Positions 1 through 9,104 of a stretch of 64,000 nucleotides of DNA are shown one piece after another. The stretch comes from Candidatus Yanofskybacteria bacterium. GTDB lineage: Bacteria; Patescibacteriota; Minisyncoccia; 2-02-FULL-40-12; GWA2-44-9. The stretch is taken from the NCBI GenBank assembly GCA_020852375.1, contig JADZAY010000008.1, forward strand, positions 9,688 to 73,687. Direction: 5' to 3'. The notes under the pieces are model-generated. The model was given only the letters and a program-made list of their open reading frames with translations. It had not been told where the DNA came from and did no database searches. The first letter of the stretch is position 1. Every line of letters begins with the position of its first letter. The translations under genes were made by a program, and so were the position numbers.

Positions 1-266
1 ACGTCGCCGTAGCACCACGACGCTTCGGTTTGGTCGCCGGTGCCGCGGTGGTTCGCGCACAGGCGGTTCGCAAGGCGCTCGGCGGGGCCGTCCCAGAGGA
101 CGTACGACGTGGCGTCGATGCCGCGCCCGAACTCGGTCCGCTCGAACGGCGTGGGCCGGTAGCGGCCCTGGGCCTCGGCGACGGGGGCGTAGACGCCCAC
201 GATGACGGCGATGGCGAGGATGGCGAAGGCCACCATTGCGCACTCGGTCGACATCAGCTTCTTCAT
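1..266 (-). CDS. Hypothetical secreted/membrane protein, partial (C-terminus runs off the window start)
   Basis: Open minus-strand frame from an ATG at 264-266 to position 1 without a stop. It is preceded by GGAGGAGAA, an RBS-like sequence. The N-terminus MKKLMSTECAMVAFAILAIAVIVGVYAPVAEAQ looks like a signal peptide or TM segment. It is absent from the ORF track because no stop lies in the window. Confidence 0.4.
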   Translation of the reverse strand, partial: MKKLMSTECAMVAFAILAIAVIVGVYAPVAEAQGRYRPTPFERTEFGRGIDATSYVLWDGPAERLANRLCANHRGTGDQTEASWCYGD

Positions 267-402
267 TTCTCCTCCTGATGCCCCTGCCGGGGCTTGGAAA
301 CGTTCTTTCTTTCTTTCCTATCGTTGCCCATACATTATAGCAGAATTCCACGAATAAGTCAACTATCGGAAAGTGCAAAAAACCAGCATGTTAAGCCGAT
401 TT

Positions 403-1245
403 TTACTGCATCGAGCGAATATGCTTGAGGGCGGCGATGTCCCGATCGCGGCCCTCGCTTTCCGTTTCCAAGATCCAGTCGATGCGGGAGAACTCTGGAG
501 TGGTGAGTATATTTGCAAGACCGGTCGTCCCGATGAATCCATTTCCGATGTGGTCGTGTCGATCCTTGTGGCCACCGAGGTCGGTCTTGCTATCGTTTAC
601 ATGGCTGAGGCGGAGGCGCTTCAGTCCGATCGTGCGGTCGAACTCTTCGAGTACCCGCGCCGCGCCGTCGGGGGTTCGGAAGTCGTACCCCGATGCGAAT
701 GCGTGACAGGTATCAAAGCAGATGCCACCGAATCCTTGAACTTCGATGGCGGGTCGTATCATGTCGGCATTTTCCTGGAAGGTATCGCCGAGTACCTGCC
801 CCGCTCCGGCGGATATTTCAACGAGTAGCTCGCAGGAGCCGGTATAGTCGCGCAGGATATCTTCGAGACCTTTCTGGACGGCCTCGATCCCCTCTTCGAG
901 CGCTCTGCCGGTGTGTGATCCGGGGTGGAACATAACGAACTGCGCTCCGAGGAGAGACCCGCGCTCGAGCTCTTCCCGAATGATCCGCCGACTCGCATGC
1001 CGAGTCGCAGGGTTCGGAGAAGCAAGATTAATGTAGTAGGGCGCATGAATGACAAACCGTCCGAAACCGGCGTGCCGCATGTTCTTTTTGAATTCCGCGA
1101 TGACCTCATCGGTCAGTTGTGGGGCTGGGCCGCCCTGGGGGGACCGGGTGAAGCACTGAAATGTTTCGCAGTCCTCCTGGAGGGCGCGGATGGGGGCATT
1201 TACAATGCCCCCGGCGATGCTTACATGGGCTCCGATGGCGTTCAT
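403..1245 (-). CDS. nfo: Endonuclease IV (apurinic/apyrimidinic endonuclease, Nfo family)
   Basis: Translation starting at the internal MNAIGAHVSIAGG... shows the classic endonuclease IV N-terminus and TIM-barrel metal-binding motifs (HAPYYINLAS, HPGSH, DTCHAFASGYD). The start is moved to Met26 of the track ORF (403..1320). Confidence 0.88.
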   Translation of the reverse strand: MNAIGAHVSIAGGIVNAPIRALQEDCETFQCFTRSPQGGPAPQLTDEVIAEFKKNMRHAGFGRFVIHAPYYINLASPNPATRHASRRIIREELERGSLLGAQFVMFHPGSHTGRALEEGIEAVQKGLEDILRDYTGSCELLVEISAGAGQVLGDTFQENADMIRPAIEVQGFGGICFDTCHAFASGYDFRTPDGAARVLEEFDRTIGLKRLRLSHVNDSKTDLGGHKDRHDHIGNGFIGTTGLANILTTPEFSRIDWILETESEGRDRDIAALKHIRSMQ

Positions 1246-1247
1246 GT

Positions 1248-1607
1248 CTAGATGTTTTCGAATAGTTCGATATCGGGAGTGGTCTCCCCTATGATAACGG
1301 AGATGACGTCCATCTGCCACGGGGTCTCATCGGTGTACCGATTCGCGGAGAGCCACGTTTGCGCTGTACGCATGACCTTGTGCATCTTCCAGCCATTCGC
1401 GCGCAGGAACGGCTCGAAACCCGATACGAGGCGTTGTGCCGTCTTTACTTCAATGAAGTGGATGACTCCATTTCGGCGTGCGACGATGTCGAGTTCGCCC
1501 CACGGGCGCCGCCAATTTCGGTCGACGATAGAAAAACCGGACTCGGTGAGCCAGGCGCACGCCAATTCCTCCCCCTTTTTCCCTACTCTGTCGGTGATAT
1601 TTCCCAT
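1248..1607 (-). CDS. yraN: YraN-family (UPF0102) endonuclease-like protein
   Basis: About 119 aa from the internal Met MGNITDRVGKKGEELACAWL.... The pattern GEELA..WL...GF.I..RN.R...GELDIVA..NGV..FIEVKT is typical of the UPF0102/YraN family. Its stop lies 2 bp from the nfo start. Confidence 0.75.
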   Translation of the reverse strand: MGNITDRVGKKGEELACAWLTESGFSIVDRNWRRPWGELDIVARRNGVIHFIEVKTAQRLVSGFEPFLRANGWKMHKVMRTAQTWLSANRYTDETPWQMDVISVIIGETTPDIELFENI

Positions 1608-1775
1608 GGAGTTGACACTACTACATTGAACGGGGTCCAATATCCCTTGTGGACAATGAATCCGGTGGGCGTTGACCAAAAGACCCCAAAATGCTAATCT
1701 CTGCCAGTAATTCTCGCAAGAGAATTTTTGCTTTCTTTGGCGAAAAGCGGCGAAATTCGTTGTTTTTAGCCAAGT

Positions 1776-2957
1776 TTGCCTATTAGTACAATCCTCTCCA
1801 GAACTAGCTCACAGGTCCGCAGGTTTTTTGCCGAAAGTCGGATCGGGGCGATCATAGGACGAGTGACCGCAAGCAGATATACGGAGCTCTACGCCGTTGT
1901 TTTTGTTGCCGTCACGGCGCTCGTGTTCTATGGGTCCAGCAATGAGGGGCAGGCTTCCCTGCTCGATAACTGGGTTCGCCAGTATATCGAAGAGAAGGCC
2001 GTCGCTTTTGATACGTCCCGCGGGCTTTCCTCGTCTCAGATGGCCGATATTAATAGCATTTTTGCGGGTGTTGGCGGTGATGCGGCTATTTCCTCCCCTG
2101 CTCCCAGCATGGCAGCTTCGACCATCCGGGAAAGTGCGGTGGTTGCCATATCTCCCCCTGATACCGACTATCTCTCCCGCATATCCGGCCGGAGGTCCGG
2201 TGTTATCGAATACACCGTCCAACAGGGCGACCTCATCTCATTTATCGCGTCAGACTTCGGCGTGAGCGTGAATTCGATACTCTGGGCGAATGCACTTAAG
2301 GACGCTGACAGTATCTCCCCCGGGCAGGTTCTTCGAATTCCTCCGGTGACCGGAGTGATCCATCGCGTAAAAGGCGGGGAGACGGTTGCTGCCCTTGCAA
2401 AGAAGTACTCAGCGAGCGAGGAGCGCATTATTGCTTACAATCGCCTGCCAGTGAGCGGCGAGCTTGATGCTGGGGACGAGATCATCATCCCGGGCGGGGT
2501 CATGCAGGGGATTTCGAGCGGAACGATAAAGGTGCCGCTATTTGGCACGGCGTCCGTTGCGAGCCTCGCAAATGCCGCGAAACAGTTTGCTCACCTCCCC
2601 GATCTCGGAGATTACTTCAAGCTTCCGACCTTTGGATTCAACTGGGGGCGCATTCACGGGAGAAATGGCGTGGATATGGCGAATTCCTGCGGAACCCCGA
2701 TCTACGCGGCAGCGGACGGAAAAGTGACCGTTGCTGACGCAACTGGCTACAATGGCGGTTTTGGGAAGTACATCAAGATCTCTCACGATAATGGAACGGA
2801 AACGCTCTACGCACATGCGTCGAAGCTTCTCGTTGAGTCCGGGCAAGTAGTTGGAAAAGGGGACAAGATCGCTCTTATGGGGACGACGGGGCGCTCGACC
2901 GGATGCCACCTGCATTTCGAGGTGCATGGAGCGCAGAACCCGCTTGCTAAGAAGTAA
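1776..2957 (+). CDS. LysM-domain peptidoglycan hydrolase, peptidase M23 family
   Basis: Two LysM-like repeats (YTVQQGDLISFIASDFGVSVNSILWAN...GQVLRIP and HRVKGGETVAALAKKYSASEERIIAYNRL). The C-terminal M23 motifs are NGVDMANSCGTPIYAAADGKV, GGFGKYIKISHDNGTETLYAHAS and GTTGRSTGCHLHFEV. An N-terminal hydrophobic segment is present. The start codon is uncertain. Confidence 0.85.
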   Translation: MPISTILSRTSSQVRRFFAESRIGAIIGRVTASRYTELYAVVFVAVTALVFYGSSNEGQASLLDNWVRQYIEEKAVAFDTSRGLSSSQMADINSIFAGVGGDAAISSPAPSMAASTIRESAVVAISPPDTDYLSRISGRRSGVIEYTVQQGDLISFIASDFGVSVNSILWANALKDADSISPGQVLRIPPVTGVIHRVKGGETVAALAKKYSASEERIIAYNRLPVSGELDAGDEIIIPGGVMQGISSGTIKVPLFGTASVASLANAAKQFAHLPDLGDYFKLPTFGFNWGRIHGRNGVDMANSCGTPIYAAADGKVTVADATGYNGGFGKYIKISHDNGTETLYAHASKLLVESGQVVGKGDKIALMGTTGRSTGCHLHFEVHGAQNPLAKK

Positions 2958-4464
2958 TCCTCTCGCTCATGCGGAGCGCCATGGCCTCCGCAATATGGTG
3001 CGACTCGATGATCTGCGCACCCTCGAGATCGGCAATCGTTCGGCCGATCTTTTTTATCTTATGGTAAGCACGGAGCGAAAGATTATTTCGATTTACCGCC
3101 ATTTTAAGGAGATTCTCGGCGTCGGCCGTGAGAACGCAGAGCGAATCGATGTTCGTGTGGCGGATCTCGCTATTGGTAACAAGCCCGAACGGAGAAAGGC
3201 GTTCCTGTTGGGCTTCGCGAGCCCGTACGATGGCTTTTCTTGCCGCGATGATATCTGTGGGGGATGATGCCGCATCATCGATCCGTTCTCGCGAAACCTG
3301 GACTCGAATATCCACGCGGTCGAGGAGCGGCCCGGAGATTCGTTTTGCGTATTTCAGTGCCGTAATAGGGGAGCATGTGCATTCGGCTGACGCATCTCCG
3401 AGATTCCCGCAGGGGCATGGATTCATTGCGGCAACGAGCATGAATTTTGCAGGGAGCGTCATTGACCCCGACGCTCGCGAGATGGAAACGACACCGTCTT
3501 CAAGGGGCTGGCGGAGCGCTTCGAGGACATTTCGTGCGAATTCGGGGAGCTCGTCCAGGAAAAGAACCCCGCGATGCGCAAGGCTTACTTGGCCTGGACG
3601 AACAACGGTGCCGCCACCGACGATAGATGCTGAGGATGCCGTGTGATGAGGCGATGAAAACGGCCGGGTGATGGCGCTGACCGGCCCCCGCAAAAGTCCC
3701 GCTGCGCTCTGGATCTTTGCCACCTCGAGGGCCTCCTGGCTCGTGAGCGGCGGAAGAAGGCCCGCCAGCGAGCGTGCCAGCAGCGTCTTTCCTGAGCCGG
3801 GGGATCCGCTCATGAGTACATTGTGGGCGCCCGCGGCGGCAACAATGAGCGCTCGTTTTGCGGTTTGCTGGCCCTTGATGTGCAGAAAGGAGTCATCATT
3901 TGGCACTGGTGCCACGGCGGTGTCACCAGGTGTCACCGGTATTGGCACCTGGTGACACAGGTGTGACACCACCTGCGACAAGGTGTCAGCTCCGATGACA
4001 CCAACCCCTGACACCACCGATGCCTCCGCGGCGTTGCAGGAGGGGACGATGATCTGCTCGATCCCGAGCTCCTTGGCGAGCATTGTGGCGGCCAAAATAC
4101 CGTTCGTATGAGCGAGGTGCCCATCAAGGCCTAGCTCTCCGATGAGCAGCGTCTTTGGCCCAGCTATGACGGCCTGACGGCTCTCAGCGAGGTAGGCTAC
4201 GGCGATCGGAAGGTCGTATCCCGGCCCCTCTTTCTTGATGTCGGCCGGTGCTAAGTTCACCACAAACCGCTTATTCTTGCTCCGAGGCGCAGAGAAGCCG
4301 CTATTTTTTATAGCGGCTTCTATTCGATCGATTGATTCCTGCACCGCTTTGTCGCCAAGACCGACGATCGAAAACGCATGAATGCCCGGATTCGAATCTA
4401 TCTGAACTCGAACGAGTTGAGCGTCGATCCCACCGAGTGCAGCTGAGAGGAATTGATGCGCCAC
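2947..4464 (-). CDS. comM: Competence protein ComM / YifB-family Mg-chelatase-like AAA+ ATPase
   Basis: 505 aa. It has an N-terminal Lon-like domain, Walker A GSPGSGKT, GVLFLDELPEF, and the Cys cluster CPCGNLGDASAECTCS typical of the ComM/YifB family. Confidence 0.9.
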   Translation of the reverse strand: MAHQFLSAALGGIDAQLVRVQIDSNPGIHAFSIVGLGDKAVQESIDRIEAAIKNSGFSAPRSKNKRFVVNLAPADIKKEGPGYDLPIAVAYLAESRQAVIAGPKTLLIGELGLDGHLAHTNGILAATMLAKELGIEQIIVPSCNAAEASVVSGVGVIGADTLSQVVSHLCHQVPIPVTPGDTAVAPVPNDDSFLHIKGQQTAKRALIVAAAGAHNVLMSGSPGSGKTLLARSLAGLLPPLTSQEALEVAKIQSAAGLLRGPVSAITRPFSSPHHTASSASIVGGGTVVRPGQVSLAHRGVLFLDELPEFARNVLEALRQPLEDGVVSISRASGSMTLPAKFMLVAAMNPCPCGNLGDASAECTCSPITALKYAKRISGPLLDRVDIRVQVSRERIDDAASSPTDIIAARKAIVRAREAQQERLSPFGLVTNSEIRHTNIDSLCVLTADAENLLKMAVNRNNLSLRAYHKIKKIGRTIADLEGAQIIESHHIAEAMALRMSERITS

Positions 4465-4498
4465 AGATCAATGCGCCCCCTCAAGCGCAAAATGGGCT

Positions 4499-4825
4499 CT
4501 AGGCAGCGGTCTGACTCGTCTCCTGTATCTTATCGTTCAAACGAGCCATCTCCTCTCCTGCGCGATTTTTGAGGGCAATAAGGAGATCCTGCGTTTCTGA
4601 ATCGGCTGTGAACTCTTGCGCGTCTTCCGACGGCTCGTTTCCACCCGAGTCTGCGTGGATCATGGGGATGCGCTCTGCGAGCTTGTTTGAGAACAAGTTG
4701 TACGCTGCCCACTTTTTCCGCATTTCATCGATGCCGCCCTCGGGGAGCGACTCGATCACGCTCAATTCTTTTTGGGTTCCACTGACTTCTGCGGCGCTGG
4801 AGATATCTTCTGGAAAATGTTCCAT
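4499..4825 (-). CDS. Small acidic hypothetical protein (start uncertain)
   Basis: The track ORF 4499..5161 runs at its 5' end into a repeat-rich region that gives WCH...WCH translation artefacts. The plausible product starts at the internal Met MEHFPEDISS... (about 108 aa, acidic, no recognised domain). Confidence 0.3.
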   Translation of the reverse strand: MEHFPEDISSAAEVSGTQKELSVIESLPEGGIDEMRKKWAAYNLFSNKLAERIPMIHADSGGNEPSEDAQEFTADSETQDLLIALKNRAGEEMARLNDKIQETSQTAA

Positions 4826-5034
4826 ATGCGAAATGATTAGTGCTTCAGGTATATCACGGTGGGGCGAGGGAATCAACAGAAGAAAAGGAAAGGGCGCCCG
4901 TATACCCCGTAAACCGTAATGGTTGTTTATGGGAGAGCGCCCGTTACCGCCAGACCCCCGACCGGCAATCTTGCCTCGCCGAGAGTTGTTAGGTTGTGCT
5001 GTCGATGTGATGTGTCCGTCGGTCTCCCCAGAAG

Positions 5035-5295
5035 AGAGGTGACACGCGGTGCCATCACGCTGCAATGAACTGACACCATCATATGGCACCACGTGGCACC
5101 ACGCAATGGCACCGAGTGGATAACTTGGCACCACAATATGGCACCACGTGGCACCACGCAATGCGAATTGGCACCAGGGGGTGCAAAATTATCGGCGAAA
5201 TATAAAGAGAAAATGAATGACACCTGGGATGTGGTGCCAGGTGCCATGAGTGGTGCCACTGTGGATGACACCGGGGATAACTTGCCGGTGTCACT
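5035..5295. repeat. Clustered octamer repeats TGGCACC(A/C) / GGTGCCA and TGACACC / GGTGTCA in an intergenic region
   Basis: At least 9 direct copies of (A/G/T)TGGCACCAC occur within 5083-5175, including two exact 25-mers TGGCACCACGTGGCACCACGCAATG. An AT-rich spacer (5190-5215) follows. At least 4 copies of the reverse-complement GTGGTGCCA/GGTGCCA occur at 5228-5260, along with flanking TGACACC/GGTGTCA copies. Confidence 0.7.
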
Positions 5296-6679
5296 GCATG
5301 AGCTGGTCGATGGCGAAGAACATCGCCTCTCGTGAGCCGGTGAGGACGAGGTAATTCTTCCCGTTCGAAGCAAGGACGATGGCGTAGTCGATACTGCGGT
5401 CTGCGTAGGGGAAGTTCCAGTACCGGACGGCGATCTGGCGATAGGTTCCCGTTGAAAACTCCTGCACAACGCGGCGGCTCATACCGTAGCCGAAGAATGG
5501 CGCTCCGGCAGATGCGAGACCGGTATTTTCCCAGACGGTGAGCGCTTGGTTGGCTTTCGTGGCGTTCGAGAGCTCCATCACGATCGCGATGCGAGTTCCG
5601 ACCGCGGCGTCGGGGTCAACGGTGCCGGAGGCGGTGAACTGCTCGGTCTGGCCGAAGGCGAGTACCATCCAGTCGGAGGCGAGCGTTGATGCGAGGTCGG
5701 CCGGCACTCCGCCATCAAGCATAATGTCCAAGAACTGAGCAGCTGTTGCGGACCCGCCGTTCAGCTCCACAATGACCGGAACCGCCTGCTTGCTCTTCGG
5801 CGCAGTGTTCGCAAGGGCGCTTGCGAAATCAGTCCGTGCAACGGTGTCATTCTTCAGCGTCGCAGTCACCGTCTGTCCTTTGAAGTACGAGGAGAGTGAG
5901 CGGCCGAGCACCGGGGCTGATGTTGCTGCAGCGGGAGTGGGGGTTTGGGATGGGGTTGGCGTTTCATCTCCGCCGAAGAGCGATGTAATGAGGAGCGCGA
6001 TCCCTCCGATGACGATCGCGCCGAGGATGCCCACGACGACTTTCTTCAGCATCCCCGAAGGCGCAGTTGCGGCGGGAACGGAAATCGTAGGCGCCTGCCG
6101 AGGCGCTTCGGCAGGCGTTTTTTGTTGCGGCGGAACTCCCATTGGGGCTTGGCCGACGCGGATGTTCCCGATATCGGCCGACATCGTGCGAAGCTCGCTG
6201 CTGTAATCAGCCGCGGTTTCCGTCTTTTGCGTTGGTTTCGGCGCCTGGGGTATTACTGGGGGCGCAGGTGGAGCTGGCGGGCGTGGGGCGACTGGGCGTA
6301 TCGGCGCCACAGGAGTCTTCGGCGGTGGTGGCGGCGGGGGAGGCATCGCGGGTCGTCCGAGCGGCGCGACTCCCTGCGGCGCTGGCGGCATTGCGGGAGG
6401 AGTTTTTGGAGCTTGAGGTGTGGGTGCCGGCGAGGGAGGAGGCGTTGCGACCGGCTGCGGTGCGGCCATTTTGGGTTGTGCTGGTGTCGGGGCGGGCATT
6501 GGTGCCAGAACCGCCGGCTGCGGTGCTTGCCCCGGCGCACGGATCGGGAGATTCGTCGGAGCGCCTGATCGCGTTGGTGCTGGCGGATTCGACGCCTGAT
6601 CTTTTGCCCGCTGAGCCGCGAGGTCATTGAGCATAGCGCTGATACGAGCGGCATTCGGGGATTGCGGTTGGTCGGGCAT
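5291..6679 (-). CDS. Proline-rich membrane-anchored hypothetical protein
   Basis: 462 aa. The N-terminal roughly 200 aa are a low-complexity P/A/Q-rich segment. A single TM helix (VVVGILGAIVIGGIALLITSLFGG) follows. The roughly 220-aa C-terminal globular domain has no recognised motif. Confidence 0.6.
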   Translation of the reverse strand: MPDQPQSPNAARISAMLNDLAAQRAKDQASNPPAPTRSGAPTNLPIRAPGQAPQPAVLAPMPAPTPAQPKMAAPQPVATPPPSPAPTPQAPKTPPAMPPAPQGVAPLGRPAMPPPPPPPPKTPVAPIRPVAPRPPAPPAPPVIPQAPKPTQKTETAADYSSELRTMSADIGNIRVGQAPMGVPPQQKTPAEAPRQAPTISVPAATAPSGMLKKVVVGILGAIVIGGIALLITSLFGGDETPTPSQTPTPAAATSAPVLGRSLSSYFKGQTVTATLKNDTVARTDFASALANTAPKSKQAVPVIVELNGGSATAAQFLDIMLDGGVPADLASTLASDWMVLAFGQTEQFTASGTVDPDAAVGTRIAIVMELSNATKANQALTVWENTGLASAGAPFFGYGMSRRVVQEFSTGTYRQIAVRYWNFPYADRSIDYAIVLASNGKNYLVLTGSREAMFFAIDQLMQ

Positions 6680-6762
6680 TGTGAGAGTGGTTATGCGTCA
6701 ATCATACCTCCGAAGTAGAGAAATCGAAAAGGCCCTCGCGGGCCTTTTCGGAAACGTGTGCG

Positions 6763-8916
6763 TTACGAGTGTCGGCTTCGGTCGCCGCCGCCGCGGGGGC
6801 GTTCCCCTCGCGGCTTTCCGTTTGGGCCGAGCATCGAAAGGGAGATCTTCCCCTCCGGGCTTACGGAGACGACCCACACATGTACTTTTTGGCCTTCCTT
6901 CACCACGTCTGAAGGATGAGCGACTCGTTCGGTGCTCATCTCTGAGACATGGACCATACCGTCCTTGCCGGGGACGATCTCAACGAAAGCGCCGAAATCC
7001 TTTATCGAGACGACAGTTCCGTCGAACTCATCGCCCGGCTTTGGTTCGTAGGTGAGCTGTTCAATGCGCTCGATGGCAAGCTTCATGCCATCCGCAGAGG
7101 CGCAAGTGATGAAGACCATGCCATCGTCTTCGATGTCGATAGTCGCGCCAGTTTCATCGATGATCGCGTTGATCGTCTTTCCACCGGAGCCGATGACCAA
7201 GCCGATCTTTTCGGGGTCGATTCGCATGGTGTGGACGCGCGGGGCATGCGGTGAAAGCTCGGAGCGGGGCGCGGCGATCGCAGATTCCATGACCGCGAGG
7301 ATCTCCAAGCGCGCCTTTCGGGCCTGCGCAAGTGTTTCGCGCACGATGGTCGGTGTGATGCCGTCGATCTTCACATCCATCTGCATGGCTGTGACGCCGT
7401 CTTTTGTTCCGGCCACTTTCAGGTCCATGTCGCCGTGGTGGTCCTCCGGGCCCTGGATATCGGTAAGGATCTTGTAGCTTTCTCCTTTCTCATCCAGCAT
7501 AAGCCCCATCGCGATACCGGCAGCCGGCGCGAGGATCGGGACGCCGCCATCCATAAGCGCAAGGGTGGAGCCGCATACGGATGCCTGCGACGATGACCCG
7601 TTCGATCCGAGAATTTCTGAAACAACACGGATCGTGTAGGGGAATTTCTCCCGAGAGGGGATGATCGGTGCGAGCGCACGCTCGGCGAGGGCTCCATGGC
7701 CAACCTCACGCCGCCCGGGAGCTCCCATGCGTCCCGTTTCACCGACCGAGTACGGAGGGAAGTTGTAGTGGTGGATGAATCCTTTCTTTGTGAGGTCGAT
7801 CTCCATGCTCTCGAGCCACTGCTCTTGGCCCGGCGCGCCGAGCGTTAGCACAGACAGCGCCTGCGTTTCGCCGCGCATAAAGAGCCCGTTTCCGTGGGTG
7901 CGCGGGATCACGCCGATCTCCGCGCTGATGGGGCGGAGCTCATCGAGCTTTCGTCCGTCCACGCGCCGGTTCTTCTCGAGAACGTTGCGGTGAACGACGT
8001 TGTTGATCGCCTCCTCAAACAGACTTTCGGCGGCGGTTTTCTTTGCTTCGAGATCGGGGGCTCCCGCATAGGTCTCGTCCAAGTGCTTCATGAGCTCTTC
8101 TTTCACTGCCGCCTGTCCGGCGTAGTGCTCCGCTTTCGACGATGTGAAGATGGCAGTGTCGAGCTTCGGTTCGCAGAAATCGCGAACCTCGCGGGCGAGC
8201 GCTTCGTCGACGGCCGCCATGGCGAGTTCGGCCTTCTGTTTGCCGACCTCTTTCGCGATCGTTATCTGGAGGTCATTGAGCTCCTTGAGAGCTTTGAATC
8301 CCGCTTCAATGGCATCACCCATGACATCCTCGGAAACGATCTTCGCTCCCGCCTCGATCATATTGATGCGGGTCGAGGTGCCGGAAACGATGATGTCGAG
8401 GTCGCTCTCGAGGCGCTCTGCGTAGGTTGGGTTGATGACGAATGCGCCATTGATGCGGCCGACGCGCACGCTTGCCACCGGACCCGCGTAGGGGATGTCA
8501 GAGATCATGAGCGCCGTGGAAACGGCGAAGACCGCCGGCATATCGGCGTCGTTGATCTTGTCGAAGGTGAGCACGGTCGCAACGCACTGAAGCTCGTTTC
8601 GCGTGCGATGATCGAAGCGAGGGCGAATGGAGCGATCGATGACCCGCCCCGTCAGGATCGCCTCTTCGGTGGGGCGGCCTTCGCGCTTCAGCCACTTCGA
8701 ATCCTTGATCTTCCCCGCAGCGTAATAGCGTTCCTCAAAGTCGACGGACAACGGAAAATAATCCTTCGGGGTGACGTTGCCGAGGACTGCCGTCGCCAGA
8801 ACGGTCGTTTCGCCGTACTGGACCAACACCGAACCGTTCGCTTGCTGCGCCAACTTGCCCGTCTTTATGATGAGCGGCTTTCCCGCGAATGTCGCGGTAT
8901 ATACTTTTTCTGCCAT
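6763..8916 (-). CDS. pnp: Polynucleotide phosphorylase (polyribonucleotide nucleotidyltransferase)
   Basis: Two RNase PH-like domains, then KH (GLVIGSGGKTI) and S1 (GTVVSIKDFGAFVEI) domains. The start is set at the internal MAEKVYTATF... (Met26 of track ORF 6763..8991). A short Arg/Gly-rich C-terminal tail is present. Confidence 0.95.
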   Translation of the reverse strand: MAEKVYTATFAGKPLIIKTGKLAQQANGSVLVQYGETTVLATAVLGNVTPKDYFPLSVDFEERYYAAGKIKDSKWLKREGRPTEEAILTGRVIDRSIRPRFDHRTRNELQCVATVLTFDKINDADMPAVFAVSTALMISDIPYAGPVASVRVGRINGAFVINPTYAERLESDLDIIVSGTSTRINMIEAGAKIVSEDVMGDAIEAGFKALKELNDLQITIAKEVGKQKAELAMAAVDEALAREVRDFCEPKLDTAIFTSSKAEHYAGQAAVKEELMKHLDETYAGAPDLEAKKTAAESLFEEAINNVVHRNVLEKNRRVDGRKLDELRPISAEIGVIPRTHGNGLFMRGETQALSVLTLGAPGQEQWLESMEIDLTKKGFIHHYNFPPYSVGETGRMGAPGRREVGHGALAERALAPIIPSREKFPYTIRVVSEILGSNGSSSQASVCGSTLALMDGGVPILAPAAGIAMGLMLDEKGESYKILTDIQGPEDHHGDMDLKVAGTKDGVTAMQMDVKIDGITPTIVRETLAQARKARLEILAVMESAIAAPRSELSPHAPRVHTMRIDPEKIGLVIGSGGKTINAIIDETGATIDIEDDGMVFITCASADGMKLAIERIEQLTYEPKPGDEFDGTVVSIKDFGAFVEIVPGKDGMVHVSEMSTERVAHPSDVVKEGQKVHVWVVSVSPEGKISLSMLGPNGKPRGERPRGGGDRSRHS

Positions 8917-9104
8917 CTGAATGGCGGCGATGCCGAGCGTGCCTCTCGCATTCTGAGGAGTGCGGGAGGCGGAGTTCACTCTAAGCCGCAATGTTTCGGT
9001 TGAAACGCTTCGGTCTAGATTGAACTCGGTGTCCGTATCGTGCAGGGCCGCGTTGTGAATCTACGCGGAAAAGTATGCCACAAATGACGAGAAAAAGCCA
9101 GCGC

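Noticed and set aside
2947-4464. Domain insertion in ComM suggested by the repetitive GTGTCACC DNA
   Set aside because: The protein length (505 aa) and domain order are those of an ordinary ComM/YifB. The repeats code for the normal inter-domain linker.
5083-5175. Sigma54 (-24 TGGCAC / -12 TTGC) promoter reading of the TGGCACC repeats
   Set aside because: No correctly spaced TTGC(A/T) element follows the TGGCAC copies. The motif is tandemly iterated and mirrored, which fits a repeat or binding array better than a single promoter.
5945-6568. Arg-rich plus-strand ORFs antisense to the proline-rich membrane protein gene
   Set aside because: They are the mirror translation of a CCG-rich coding region, with no start or RBS context.
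7894-9003. 369-aa plus-strand ORF opposite pnp
   Set aside because: Antisense artefact. pnp has a full set of conserved domains on the minus strand.
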